Shown here: in pieces, positions 29,037-39,266 of the stretch
Position numbering within the stretch: the stretch's first letter is position 1
How the letters are laid out: every line of letters starts with the position of its first letter
Origin: an uncultured Candidatus Saccharibacteria bacterium
Lineage (GTDB): Bacteria > Patescibacteriota > CAZHWT01
NCBI GenBank assembly: GCA_964597145.1
Contig: CAZQWH010000004.1
Span: forward strand, 195-64,194
Reading direction: 5' to 3'
DNA: 64,000 nucleotides
The notes under the pieces: model-generated
Told to the model about the DNA's origin: nothing
The model's database searches: none
The model's input: the letters and a program-made list of their open reading frames with translations, nothing else
Position numbers and translations under genes: made by a program

Positions 29037-29364
29037 ATAAATAACCTGGATAATGTATCAGATTACCACCTCAGAGTCAATAACATAATTTTGCTTACTC
29101 ATAGTAGTATCTAAACACAAAAGGAGTTCAAATAAAGAATAGTAATTTATTTGAGTAGAATATATATACAAATATATAAAATGAATAAATATGTTGTACA
29201 ATAAACAATAATTTGCATATATAAAAGTATACTAGATATAGATGTAATAAAATAGGGAAGCAAACCGGTTTGACGTCTTGTATCTGGAATAAAGGTTTGT
29301 TATGATTAACTATAAAATAAAGGCTATAAATTAATTTATAGCCTCCGTAGCCCTACAAGGAGGC

Positions 29365-29961
29365 ATGCAGATGGGACTATCAACCATAGTTTTACTGGTT
29401 ATTGGTGGCTTAATTATTGTCGTAATCTTATTTCTCTGGATTACCTATAACTCTCTGGTGACATTAAAAGCTCGCGTGGATGAAGCTTGGTCGGGGATCG
29501 ATGTACAGCTTAAGCGCCGCTCAAGTCTAATTCCCAACCTAATCGAAACCGTTAAAGGGTATGCAGCACATGAAAAAGAGGTTTTGAGTCAGGTAACCGA
29601 AGCCCGATCGGCTTTAATGAATGCGGGCACCCCAGCCGAAAAAGCCGCGGCCGACAATGTTTTAAGTGGAACGCTAAAGTCGTTGTTCGCCGTGTCAGAG
29701 GCCTACCCGGACTTAAAGGCCAACCAAAATTTCTTAAGCTTACAACGTGACCTGTCTGATACCGAAGATAAGATTGCCTATGCGCGTCAGTTCTATAACT
29801 CAAATGCCATGGAATACAACGTTAAGACCAAGGTATTCCCTAATGTCTTAATTGCGAATTCGTTTGGGTTTAAAGAGGTTGAGTTTTATGAAGCCGAAGC
29901 TCAAGACCGAGAGGATATTAAAGTATCTTTTGAACCCTCGTCTCAACCGGCAAATGAGTGA
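29365..29961 (+). CDS. lemA: LemA family membrane protein
   Basis: N-terminal TM then YNSLV.L...V.EAWSGIDVQLKRR...IPNLIETVKGYA.HE LemA signature. Confidence 0.85.
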   Translation: MQMGLSTIVLLVIGGLIIVVILFLWITYNSLVTLKARVDEAWSGIDVQLKRRSSLIPNLIETVKGYAAHEKEVLSQVTEARSALMNAGTPAEKAAADNVLSGTLKSLFAVSEAYPDLKANQNFLSLQRDLSDTEDKIAYARQFYNSNAMEYNVKTKVFPNVLIANSFGFKEVEFYEAEAQDREDIKVSFEPSSQPANE

Positions 29962-30031
29962 AAATTTGCTAGGTCGCAGCCAGTCTTTTAGTTCTATACG
30001 TCGGCCTGCTGATCTAATTGAATGGTGATTA

Positions 30032-30065
30032 AAACACTAATCCGGCACATGCCGGATTAGTGTTT
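30032..30065 (+). promoter_or_regulatory. 15-bp-stem hairpin between lemA and htpX overlapping htpX start region
   Basis: AAACACTAATCCGGC-acat-GCCGGATTAGTGTTT; no clear U-tract so function (attenuator/RNA processing) unclear. Confidence 0.4.
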
Positions 30066-30074
30066 ACTAAACAT

Positions 30075-30977
30075 ATGAACCTATACACTCAGATTGCATC
30101 AAATAAACGAAAAAGCGTCCTACTTATCATTGGGCTAGTTGCCTTCGTTGCAGCGATCGTCGCCATATTCTCATATGCTTATGGGTACGATCCTGTTATC
30201 ATGACAGCGGTAGCTTTGGTTATAACGGGCATTTATGGATTTATTAGCTTCTATAATTCCGGAAACATGGTTATGGCATTATCTGGAGCGCGGGAGATTA
30301 AGAATAAGCAGGATGCGTATGAGCTCTTTACCTTGGTAGAGAATCTGTGTATTGGAGCAGGTTTGCCACGGCCTAAAATCTATATCATTGAAGATACGGC
30401 CCCGAATGCTTTTGCGACTGGGCGAGATCCCAAGCATGCAGCCTTATGCTTCACAACCGGAATCTTAGCCAAGCTGGATCGCGCCGAATTAGAGGGGGTG
30501 GTGGCTCACGAGCTATCACATGTCAAGAACTATGATATTCGCTTCATCTCATTAGTCGTGGTTCTTGTGGGTGTGGTTGCACTGATATCGGACTTGATTT
30601 TACGGATGACAATTTGGGGTGGGATAGGTCGGGACCGAGAGAATCGGGGTGGGGGAAATGTTATATTACTAGTAATTGGTTTAGCCTTGGCAATACTGGC
30701 CCCAATTATTGCGACCATTATTCAATTTGCCGTCTCGAGACAGAGAGAGTTTCTAGCTGATGCCTCGGCGGCGTACTTAACTCGCAATCCTGAAGGTTTA
30801 GCCAGGGCTTTAGAAATTATCAGAGATGACCCTGAGCCATTAGAGGCAGCTAATAATGCCACCGCGAGTTTGTACATTGCAAATCCACTTAAAGGCAAGG
30901 CCAGTCATTGGTTTGGTACGTTATTTAACACCCATCCACCTATTAAAGAGCGCGTGGCTCGGTTACGAGCAATGTAG
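30075..30977 (+). CDS. htpX: zinc metalloprotease HtpX (M48 family)
   Basis: HELSHVKNYD (HExxH) zinc motif, 4 TM helices; start at ATG 30075 (track uses upstream GTG 30060 inside hairpin). Confidence 0.85.
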   Translation: MNLYTQIASNKRKSVLLIIGLVAFVAAIVAIFSYAYGYDPVIMTAVALVITGIYGFISFYNSGNMVMALSGAREIKNKQDAYELFTLVENLCIGAGLPRPKIYIIEDTAPNAFATGRDPKHAALCFTTGILAKLDRAELEGVVAHELSHVKNYDIRFISLVVVLVGVVALISDLILRMTIWGGIGRDRENRGGGNVILLVIGLALAILAPIIATIIQFAVSRQREFLADASAAYLTRNPEGLARALEIIRDDPEPLEAANNATASLYIANPLKGKASHWFGTLFNTHPPIKERVARLRAM

Positions 30978-30983
30978 AAATTA

Positions 30984-31001
30984 ATTATATTTAAATATAA
31001 T
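30984..31001. promoter_or_regulatory. 18-bp perfect palindrome ATTATATTTAAATATAAT abutting gatC start codon (copy 2 of 3)
   Basis: Read directly; contains TATAAT at 30996-31001 immediately before ATG 31002. Confidence 0.55.
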
Positions 31002-31301
31002 ATGGATAAATTAACCCGTAAAGAAGTTGAACATATTGCTGGACTAGCTAACATACAGCTAACCGAGGAAGAAGTGGGGCTGTTTCAAGAGCAGTTAACT
31101 AGTGTAATTGAATACAATATCAAGTTATTGTCTGAGGTTGACGTCCGCAATGTATCGCCGACAGCCCAAACGACTGGATTGCAGAATGTATGGCGCGTCG
31201 ACGAAGTCCAATCAAGTTTAAGCCAGGATTCGGCCTTAAGCCAGTCTCCAGCGCACGAACAGGGCCAATTTAAAGTAAAACGGGTTATGGGGGAGTCTTA
31301 A
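31002..31301 (+). CDS. gatC: Asp/Glu-tRNA amidotransferase subunit C
   Basis: MDKLTRKEVEHIAGLANIQLTEEE GatC N-terminus. Confidence 0.85.
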   Translation: MDKLTRKEVEHIAGLANIQLTEEEVGLFQEQLTSVIEYNIKLLSEVDVRNVSPTAQTTGLQNVWRVDEVQSSLSQDSALSQSPAHEQGQFKVKRVMGES

Positions 31302-31303
31302 TA

Positions 31304-32797
31304 ATGGCACGTAGCTCACTTACGCTCCCAACCACTATTCGCCAAGCTGCTCAAGAACTTCGCCAGCATAAATACACGGCGACTGCCCTCACTAAGGCAT
31401 ACCTTGATCACATTGCCCAGGTCGAGCCCGAGGTGCATGCTTTACTGACGGTCACCAGCGAGATAGCACTAGAGCAAGCCAAGATAGCCGATGATCGACT
31501 ACAGGACGGTGATAAGTCGCCACTGCTTGGTATTCCATTGGTGCATAAGGATAATTTCTGCACCCAAGGCGTTGCCACAACTGCTGGTTCGCGTATGTTA
31601 GAAAATTATCAAGCTCAATATAACGCAACTGTAGTTGAAAAATTACACCAAGCCGGGGCAATCATGCTCGGCAAGGCCAATCTAGATGCCTTCGCTCACG
31701 GCTCTTCCACCGAAAATAGCGACTTTGGTCCATCATACAATCCGTGGGATATCAACTATGTACCAGGGGGCTCTAGTGGTGGCTCAGCAGCCGCGGTTGC
31801 AGCTGGCGAATGTTTAATCTCTACTGGCTCGGACACGGGTGGTTCAATTCGGTTACCAGCCTCATTTACCAATACGGTTGGACTAAAGCCAACGTATGGC
31901 CGCGTATCTCGATATGGGGTGATAGCTATGGGGTCTTCGTTTGATTCAATTGGCTGCTTTACCCGCACCGTGGAAGATTGCGCGCTTGTATTACAGGCAA
32001 TGGCCGGCTTAGATGCTACAGATGCCACCACCTCGCCGACTGCGGTCCCAAATTATCTGGCCAACCTTGATCAACCTCTAAAGGGTGTAACCCTGGGGAT
32101 TGTGGAAGAGTTCTTTGGCGACGGGATAGAAAGAGAGGTGCGTCAAGTGATAGAAGAGGCTATGGATGCCTACCGGTCACTCGGAGTTACCTTTAAGCCA
32201 GTTCAATTACCTCACGCTAGGTATGCGCTTGCAGCCTATTATATCTTAGTTCCATCGGAGCTGAGTTCAAACCTGTCGCGCTTCGACGGTATTCGCTACG
32301 GTTTTTCTGACCAATCTGGTCAAACAGTCCAAGATACGTATCGACTATCTCGAGCCGAAGGATTTGGAGCGGAGGCCAAGCGACGAATCATGTTAGGTAC
32401 TTATGCCTTATCAGCTGGGTATTACGATGCGTACTACAAACGGGCTCAGCAAGTACGAACTTTAGTCAAACAGGATTTTGAGGCTGTTTTTACTCAGGTA
32501 GATGGCTTACTAGCTCCGGTTGCTCCAACCCTACCATTTAAGGTTGGAGCGAGAGCCAATGACGTGCTGGCGATGTACTTGACCGATATTTTAACTGCAC
32601 CTGTAAATTTAGCCGGAATTCCTAGCTTGGCCATACCGGCCGGGTTTGCTCAAGGGCTACCGATTGGCATGCAGTTAATTGGACCTAACTTTAGTGAAAG
32701 TAAGCTGTTTAACTGGGGTCATCAATATCAGCAACAAACCAACTGGCATCACCAGCTCTCGTCTATGCAAACCACTCGGGAAAGGAAGCAAACATAA
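31304..32797 (+). CDS. gatA: Asp/Glu-tRNA amidotransferase subunit A (amidase signature)
   Basis: Amidase signature GGSSGGSAAAVAAG...GSDTGGSIRLPA. Confidence 0.9.
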   Translation: MARSSLTLPTTIRQAAQELRQHKYTATALTKAYLDHIAQVEPEVHALLTVTSEIALEQAKIADDRLQDGDKSPLLGIPLVHKDNFCTQGVATTAGSRMLENYQAQYNATVVEKLHQAGAIMLGKANLDAFAHGSSTENSDFGPSYNPWDINYVPGGSSGGSAAAVAAGECLISTGSDTGGSIRLPASFTNTVGLKPTYGRVSRYGVIAMGSSFDSIGCFTRTVEDCALVLQAMAGLDATDATTSPTAVPNYLANLDQPLKGVTLGIVEEFFGDGIEREVRQVIEEAMDAYRSLGVTFKPVQLPHARYALAAYYILVPSELSSNLSRFDGIRYGFSDQSGQTVQDTYRLSRAEGFGAEAKRRIMLGTYALSAGYYDAYYKRAQQVRTLVKQDFEAVFTQVDGLLAPVAPTLPFKVGARANDVLAMYLTDILTAPVNLAGIPSLAIPAGFAQGLPIGMQLIGPNFSESKLFNWGHQYQQQTNWHHQLSSMQTTRERKQT

Positions 32798-32798
32798 A

Positions 32799-33257
32799 AT
32801 GGATTTTGGACCTCTATTGCTCGCGGTTATGGTGATTATCGGTATTGCTATGTGGTTGGCCGTACGGAGAAAATCAGCTCAAAACTATAAGTCCACCCGT
32901 CGATCCTCGCATACATATGCCAGCCTCTCTACACAGCAGTTCCACCAGCACTGGCAACGGATTGAGGATATGATGAACGTGCCCGGCCTAGAGCAAACCA
33001 AAGCCGCTATTTTTGAAGCCGATAAATTACTTGATACCGCTTTGCGCCAGAGTGGCTTTAGGGGTGAAACTATGGGCGAGCGCCTAAAAAATGCCCGTCA
33101 ACATTTTGGCAACAATGCCGTCTACCAAGGCCTATGGGAAGCGCATAAGATGCGTAATGCCTTGGCCCATGAAGTTGGTTTTGATGTACCTAAAATGGTC
33201 GGAAAACAGCATCTGGAACAATTTAAAGCCGGTTTACACTATTTACGGGTGCTCTAA
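32799..33257 (+). CDS. membrane-anchored hypothetical protein inserted in gatCAB operon
   Basis: ATG 2 nt after gatA stop; single TM (LLLAVMVIIGIAMWLAV) then alpha-helical-looking soluble part with RNALAH (Rx4H) motif. Confidence 0.4.
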   Translation: MDFGPLLLAVMVIIGIAMWLAVRRKSAQNYKSTRRSSHTYASLSTQQFHQHWQRIEDMMNVPGLEQTKAAIFEADKLLDTALRQSGFRGETMGERLKNARQHFGNNAVYQGLWEAHKMRNALAHEVGFDVPKMVGKQHLEQFKAGLHYLRVL

Positions 33258-33278
33258 GACGATTAAGATCAGAAATTT

Positions 33279-34763
33279 ATGAAATACGATGTAGTTATTG
33301 GCATAGAAACACATATTCAGCTAAACACCCAATCAAAAATGTTTTGCGGGTGTTCTACCGATAGTTGGCGGGCTGAACCCAATACTCGGGTTTGTCCCGT
33401 CTGTCTAGGCTTACCCGGTGCGCTACCTCTAGCTAATAAATCAGCTCTGGATAAAGCGATGCTAGTTGGCGCAGCGTTGGGTGCAACCATCGCTGACTAT
33501 TGTAAATTCGACCGTAAAAACTACTTTTATCCCGATTTAGCTAAAGGCTACCAAATTTCCCAGTATGACCAACCACTCAATAGTGGCGGTTCGGTTGTGG
33601 TTGATGGTACATCAATTGGATTAATCCGAGCTCACCTCGAAGAGGATGTTGGCAAACTAACTCACGAGAATAGCTATAGCCTAGTGGACTTTAATAAAGG
33701 TGGTATACCTCTCTTAGAGATTGTCTCCGAACCAACAATTCGCTCGGCTAGCCAGGCTAAGGCCTATGTCCAGGCATTACGTCAGATTGTGCGCTATATT
33801 GGAGTTAACGACGGCAACTTAGAGCGTGGAGTAATGCGGGCCGATGTGAATATATCTCTTCAGGAGCCAGGCAAATGGCAGTACCAAGATGGCCAGTTCG
33901 TTGTAGCGGATAACTATACCTTAAATAATCGAACCGAAATTAAAAACCTCAATTCATTCCGTAGTATTGAGCGGGCCATAGTCTATGAAATAAGCCGTCA
34001 AGCCAAATTGTTAGAGACAGGCAAGCCTATCGCGCAGGAAACCCGAGGTTGGGATGATGCGAAAGGGGTTACCACCTCGCAACGAACCAAAGAAGAGGCC
34101 CATGACTATCGATATTTCCCCGAGCCCGATTTGCCGCCACTAGCTATAAGCAAGCAGTGGCAGAACGAAATCCGTCACCAACTTCCCGAGCTGCCAGCTA
34201 GCAAACAGCAACGATTTATGGCTGAATATGGATTATCCGAATACGATACTCGTCTACTAGTTGAAGAACGCGGTGTGGCTGAATGGTATGAGGAGGCAGT
34301 CGCTGTTTATTTGAGCAATGCCGGCCAAGCGGCCAACAATCACAAGTTAGCCAAGGCGGTCGCGAATTGGGTGCTTGGCGAAATTGCTCGATTGCAAAAT
34401 GAAAATCAGAACTATGTTTATCAGTCAAAGCTAAGACCCACCCAGCTTGCTGAAGTATTGGAACTAGTCGACAAGGGAAAGTTGTCCGGGGCGAGCGCCA
34501 AAGAGCTGGTAACAGCGCTTTATACGACTGAAGCTAAAGTCGACCAAGTAGTAGCCAATCGTGGGCTAGAGCAAGTTAGTGGCAGTAGTGATTTGGAGCC
34601 TATTGCTCGAAAAGTAATTGCCGATAATCCTGATGCGGTTGGAAAAGTTCGAGCTGGTAAAACCGCCACAATCCAGTTTCTAGTTGGCCAAGTCATGCGT
34701 GAAACTCGTGGACGCGCTAATCCCACTACAGTGTCAGAGCTATTGCAGCAGCTGCTCAAATAA
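33279..34763 (+). CDS. gatB: Asp/Glu-tRNA amidotransferase subunit B
   Basis: MKYDVVIGIETHIQLNT...CPVCLGLPGALP GatB N-terminus and cradle domain. Confidence 0.9.
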   Translation: MKYDVVIGIETHIQLNTQSKMFCGCSTDSWRAEPNTRVCPVCLGLPGALPLANKSALDKAMLVGAALGATIADYCKFDRKNYFYPDLAKGYQISQYDQPLNSGGSVVVDGTSIGLIRAHLEEDVGKLTHENSYSLVDFNKGGIPLLEIVSEPTIRSASQAKAYVQALRQIVRYIGVNDGNLERGVMRADVNISLQEPGKWQYQDGQFVVADNYTLNNRTEIKNLNSFRSIERAIVYEISRQAKLLETGKPIAQETRGWDDAKGVTTSQRTKEEAHDYRYFPEPDLPPLAISKQWQNEIRHQLPELPASKQQRFMAEYGLSEYDTRLLVEERGVAEWYEEAVAVYLSNAGQAANNHKLAKAVANWVLGEIARLQNENQNYVYQSKLRPTQLAEVLELVDKGKLSGASAKELVTALYTTEAKVDQVVANRGLEQVSGSSDLEPIARKVIADNPDAVGKVRAGKTATIQFLVGQVMRETRGRANPTTVSELLQQLLK

Positions 34764-34808
34764 TATGAGTAGCCCTCAACAGCAATAACTGTCGAGGGTC
34801 AATGATTA

Positions 34809-35489
34809 CTAGATAGGAAATTGTACAGCTGGAGTGCCCGGGACAATCTGGGCGCTCCCTTCATCACGAATGATCGAAAATTCCAGCCAATCCAGCGATT
34901 GGCTACGTACCTCTCTCCAGACAATCGAGGCCACCGCTGACGGATCGAGGTAAGCGGAGGTATCTACTCCTGTGTTATCCCAGAATGGCGTTTGCATCCC
35001 TCCAGGGTGGACCAGAGTTGATTTTGATCCCGGCAAAACTCGCCGAAGCTCCTGGTGGAGGTTTCGGGCTAGCTGTGCCTGTCCCGCCTTGGCCGCACCA
35101 TAGGTAGTCTCATTACTCCTCACCTTAGCCGACGTGGTCGAGGTAATAGTGATGAGGTGACATGGTGCCTGCCTTGATTGGAGTAATTGGGATAGGAAGT
35201 GCAGTGGTCCGGTTATCACGGTATCAACCACCGCATTGATACTCGCGGACTCTTGCTCAGCCAAATCTCCTTGGTATCCAACCCCCGCGGTCAAGAATAG
35301 ATATTCCATATCAGCCAGATGGGGAATAAGCGCATCAGTTTCTGTCTCCAGCGTATCCAGGCGGCTTAAATCAAGACCAGGAGAGGTGTGGCGCGATATC
35401 GGTAGCACTTCCGGTATTTCCTTTTGCGCTATCTCGGCTATCGCCGCTCCAAGACCTTTTGATCCACCAATAATGACGACTCGTGCCAT
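34809..35489 (-). CDS. short-chain dehydrogenase/reductase (SDR) family
   Basis: MARVVIIGGSKGLGAAIA Rossmann motif (TGxxxGxG-like), YGAAK catalytic motif (TTYGAAKAG). Confidence 0.75.
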   Translation of the reverse strand: MARVVIIGGSKGLGAAIAEIAQKEIPEVLPISRHTSPGLDLSRLDTLETETDALIPHLADMEYLFLTAGVGYQGDLAEQESASINAVVDTVITGPLHFLSQLLQSRQAPCHLITITSTTSAKVRSNETTYGAAKAGQAQLARNLHQELRRVLPGSKSTLVHPGGMQTPFWDNTGVDTSAYLDPSAVASIVWREVRSQSLDWLEFSIIRDEGSAQIVPGTPAVQFPI

Positions 35490-35713
35490 GTTTTCCTACC
35501 TTTGTCTATCTATGAACCCTAGTTGGCTCACGCTCATCAAATAGTAGCAGGTACCATTTTTAGTGTAAAGCCTAGAGTAGACGTGGCCGAATTGTACCTA
35601 TTCCTGAGATAGAGTACACAATTTTAACGGTCTCGCAGTAATTATTCTGGTTGACCAAGTTGACTCTCCTCGCCTATGATGCATAAGCAACGTCGCTGCC
35701 CCGATTCACTTTT

Positions 35714-35743
35714 TTGACGGGCAGTTTTTTAGTTGAATATAAG
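35714..35743 (+). promoter_or_regulatory. promoter candidate TTGACG-N18-TATAAG for dnaE
   Basis: -35 35714-35719, -10 35738-35743, AGAAGAG SD then ATG 35766. Confidence 0.45.
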
Positions 35744-35765
35744 TAGCGACAGAAGAGATGTATAT

Positions 35766-38700
35766 ATGGCCAGCAAATTTGCACACCTTCATGTTCATAG
35801 TGAGTTTTCCTTACTTGATGGTTTGGGTAAAATCCCCGATTTAGTCGCCCGAGCCAAAGAGCTAGGCTTTGAGTCATTAGCGCTCACCGACCATGGCAAT
35901 ATGTATGGAGCTCTAGAATTTTATAAAGAATGTAATAAAGCCGGAATTAAGCCGATTATTGGGTGCGAAGTGTATGTCGCCAGCCGATCTCGTCACGATA
36001 AAGAAGCTCGCTTCGACCAAGAACGCAACCACCTCATATTACTAGCCGAGAATTACACCGGTTATCAGAATCTATTGCAATTGGTTACCAAAGCCAACCT
36101 AGAGGGCTACTATTACAAGCCGCGTGTCGACTGGGAGATCTTACAGTTGCACCATGAAGGAATAATTTGCCTGTCAGCCTGTCTAGGTGGACAGATCCAG
36201 CAGGCCATTATGCAAGATGATCTCAAGCGAGCCCGAGAGGTGACGGAGTTCTACATCAACTGTTTCGGCCGTGACAATTTCTTTATGGAGATCCAAAACC
36301 ATGATTTGGAAGATGAAAAGAAGGTTAACCCAGTTTTAATTCAATTTGCTCAAGAATATGACATTCCTCTAGTTCTAACCAACGATGTTCACTACGTGCG
36401 CAAGGAAGATGTTGACGCCCAGGATGTCCTCGTAGCTATCCAAACCGGCAAAACGGTCGACGATCCTACTCGCTTCTCCATGCGGGATATGCCAACGCTA
36501 TACATGAAATCCACCGAAGAGATGGCAGAACTCTTTCCCGATCATCCCCAAGCGATGGCCAATACCCTTAAGATTGCCGAGCGATGTAATGTCGAGTTTA
36601 AACTAGGTGGCGACTGGATTTGGCCCTACTTTCCTGTTCCAGAAGGGGAAACAGTCGATACTCATCTTCAGAAACTAACCTATGATGGCATGAAGTGGCG
36701 CTATGGTATTGATGGAGCGACGAGTCCCGATCAATTACCAGAAGATCAAAAGGTCATTCGCGCTCGTGTTGACTACGAACTAGATGTTATCGCTAAAAAG
36801 GGCTACTCGGCGTACTTCTTGATTGTGTCCGACTTTACCGTTTGGGCAAAAAACCAGGGAATAGCCGTTGGACCAGGCCGAGGCTCAGCTGCTGGTTCCA
36901 TTGTATCTTATTGTATGAATATTACCGGCATTGATCCAATCTATTTTGATCTGCCGTTTGAGCGATTCCTTAACCCATTCCGACCCTCGCCTCCAGATAT
37001 CGACATGGACTTTGAAGACGCCCGTCGAGATGAAGTCTTAAAGTATGTTACCGATAAGTATGGGGTAGATAAAGTTGCCCAAATTATTACCTTTGGCCGG
37101 ATGGAATCTCGAGCCGCCATTCGAGATGTAGGTCGGGCATTGGGCTTTCCTTACGCCGACCCCGATCGAATCGCCAAGTTAATACCTCAAGGCACCAAGA
37201 TCCAAAAAGCTCTAGATACAGTTCATGAATTGCGCGAGCTCTACAAGACTAACCCCTCCTATAAACGTTTAATTGATTTTGCACTCAAAATTGAAGGTTT
37301 AGTTCGACACTCATCCGTCCACGCCGCTGGTGTAGTAATTGCTCCCCGTCCCATGACCGAGTTTACCCCATTGCAACGAGAAGCCCGGGGCGAGAGAATT
37401 ACCACTCAATATGATATGCATGGAGTTGAAGAGCTAGGTTTATTGAAGATGGATTTCTTAGGTTTGCGTAACTTGGCCATTATTTCTAATGCAGTTAAGA
37501 ACGTGAAGCAAGTCCGCAGCGAAGAGGTCGACTTAGAGCACGTACCAATCGATAATGTGCCTGCCTATAAGATGCTAGCTTCCGGAGAAACCACAGGTAT
37601 CTTCCAGCTGGAATCAGCTGGTATGCGCAAATATATTAAAGAGTTAAAGCCAACCAATATTTTTGACGTTGCGGCTATGGTAGCCTTATATCGACCCGGT
37701 CCTATGAACTTTATTCCCCAATACATCGAGCGCAAACGCGACCCATCTAAGATCGTTTACTTGGATCCGCGCATGGATCAGATTTTGGATAAGTCTATGG
37801 GTCTAATTGTCTATCAGGATGACGTATTGGCTTTGGCTATTCAGCTGGCCGGCTACGACTGGGGTGAAGTCGACAAGTTTAGGAAAGCCATTGGCAAAAA
37901 GATTGTTGCTGAAATGGCGGCTCAGAAAGAAAAGTTTTTTACCCAAATTATAGAACGGGGCATGGATCAGCAAGTCGTCCAAGAATTGTGGGATCAAATT
38001 GAAACGTTCGCTGGATACGGATTCAACAAGGCTCACGCAGCCTCGTATGGCTATGTGGCGTATCTTACCGCCTACCTAAAGGCTAATTATCCTGCTGAGT
38101 TTATGTGCGCGGTGCTTACCGCCGAATCTGGTGATGCCGAAAAAGTCGCCCAGGCAATAGTAGAGTGTGAGCGAATTAATATTAAAGTACTACCACCCAG
38201 TATTAATTACTCCGGTCGTTCGTTTAAAGTTGAAAATGGCAATGTTCGGTTTGGCCTCGTTGGTATTAAAAATGTTGGCGACGGTCCTATTGCGGCCATA
38301 GAATCAGCCCGAGCCGAAGGTGGCTCATTTACCAATCTGGATGATTTTGTGGCGCGCACTCGAGGTGGACTCAACAAGCGAGCCATGGAATCTTTAATTA
38401 AGGCTGGAGCCTTGGATGAATTCGGTCCACGGCAAGCCCTATTAACGATATTGGATGCGGTAATAGAAAAGCATGGGCGTAATCGGGGCAACGAAAATCA
38501 AACTGGCCTATTCGACATGCTCGACGAGCCCCAAGCAGCCATTATGGCCACGCCATTTCCCGAGGTTGAAGAGGCGTCACTCATGGAACGAGCCGCCTGG
38601 GAGAAAGAATTAATGGGCCTATACATTACCGCTAATCCGCTTAAAAAGATTGGTCAAGACTTAGACGGCAAAGTGACTCACACCCTCCAAGCCATTACCG

Positions 38701-39266
38701 AAGATACCGTTGGCCTCAAGGTGACGGTTGGTGGCATGATCACGGCCATGCGTAAAATATTTACCAAAGCCAACAACAGCGAAATGGCCTTTGTTACTAT
38801 TTCAGATGGAACGGCCGACCAAGAGGTCATTGTCTTCCCTAAAACGTACGAATCCTGTCGCAACAGTTTAGCAGACGAGCAAGTCATCATAGTTTCGGGC
38901 CGAGTTGATAACAAAGATGATCGAGGAATAAAAGTATTAGCCGAAACGGTCATTCTAGCCGACGATGCTCAAATTGATAGTTATACCACCCAAGCCTACG
39001 AAGCACCACAAGTTGCCTCAGTGATTCAAGATAGCCAGGGAGAATTAGTAATCACCGTGCCGCGTAGCGGACAAACAGCAGCCTTGCAGCAACTGAAAAA
39101 GTTGATCGTGTCCCATCCTGGCGATGTGGCCATCACCCTAATTTTACCTAACGGGCCAAGTGGACCCAGAACTATGAAATTGCCAATGCGGGTTAATGCG
39201 TCGCCCGACTTTAAGCAGCAGATCACCTCTCTATTTAGTGGGGTAGTAGAGCCCACCTACCATTAA
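35766..39266 (+). CDS. dnaE: DNA polymerase III alpha subunit
   Basis: PHP domain FAHLHVHSEFSLLDG, polymerase core GFDLPFERFLNP... and OB-fold C-terminus; start at ATG 35766. Confidence 0.9.
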   Translation: MASKFAHLHVHSEFSLLDGLGKIPDLVARAKELGFESLALTDHGNMYGALEFYKECNKAGIKPIIGCEVYVASRSRHDKEARFDQERNHLILLAENYTGYQNLLQLVTKANLEGYYYKPRVDWEILQLHHEGIICLSACLGGQIQQAIMQDDLKRAREVTEFYINCFGRDNFFMEIQNHDLEDEKKVNPVLIQFAQEYDIPLVLTNDVHYVRKEDVDAQDVLVAIQTGKTVDDPTRFSMRDMPTLYMKSTEEMAELFPDHPQAMANTLKIAERCNVEFKLGGDWIWPYFPVPEGETVDTHLQKLTYDGMKWRYGIDGATSPDQLPEDQKVIRARVDYELDVIAKKGYSAYFLIVSDFTVWAKNQGIAVGPGRGSAAGSIVSYCMNITGIDPIYFDLPFERFLNPFRPSPPDIDMDFEDARRDEVLKYVTDKYGVDKVAQIITFGRMESRAAIRDVGRALGFPYADPDRIAKLIPQGTKIQKALDTVHELRELYKTNPSYKRLIDFALKIEGLVRHSSVHAAGVVIAPRPMTEFTPLQREARGERITTQYDMHGVEELGLLKMDFLGLRNLAIISNAVKNVKQVRSEEVDLEHVPIDNVPAYKMLASGETTGIFQLESAGMRKYIKELKPTNIFDVAAMVALYRPGPMNFIPQYIERKRDPSKIVYLDPRMDQILDKSMGLIVYQDDVLALAIQLAGYDWGEVDKFRKAIGKKIVAEMAAQKEKFFTQIIERGMDQQVVQELWDQIETFAGYGFNKAHAASYGYVAYLTAYLKANYPAEFMCAVLTAESGDAEKVAQAIVECERINIKVLPPSINYSGRSFKVENGNVRFGLVGIKNVGDGPIAAIESARAEGGSFTNLDDFVARTRGGLNKRAMESLIKAGALDEFGPRQALLTILDAVIEKHGRNRGNENQTGLFDMLDEPQAAIMATPFPEVEEASLMERAAWEKELMGLYITANPLKKIGQDLDGKVTHTLQAITEDTVGLKVTVGGMITAMRKIFTKANNSEMAFVTISDGTADQEVIVFPKTYESCRNSLADEQVIIVSGRVDNKDDRGIKVLAETVILADDAQIDSYTTQAYEAPQVASVIQDSQGELVITVPRSGQTAALQQLKKLIVSHPGDVAITLILPNGPSGPRTMKLPMRVNASPDFKQQITSLFSGVVEPTYH

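Noticed and set aside
32679-32798. Upstream extension of the inserted gat-operon ORF (track start 32679 overlapping gatA)
   Set aside because: The extension overlaps the gatA coding region in another frame. The ATG at 32799, immediately after the gatA stop and at the start of the TM helix, is the more parsimonious start.
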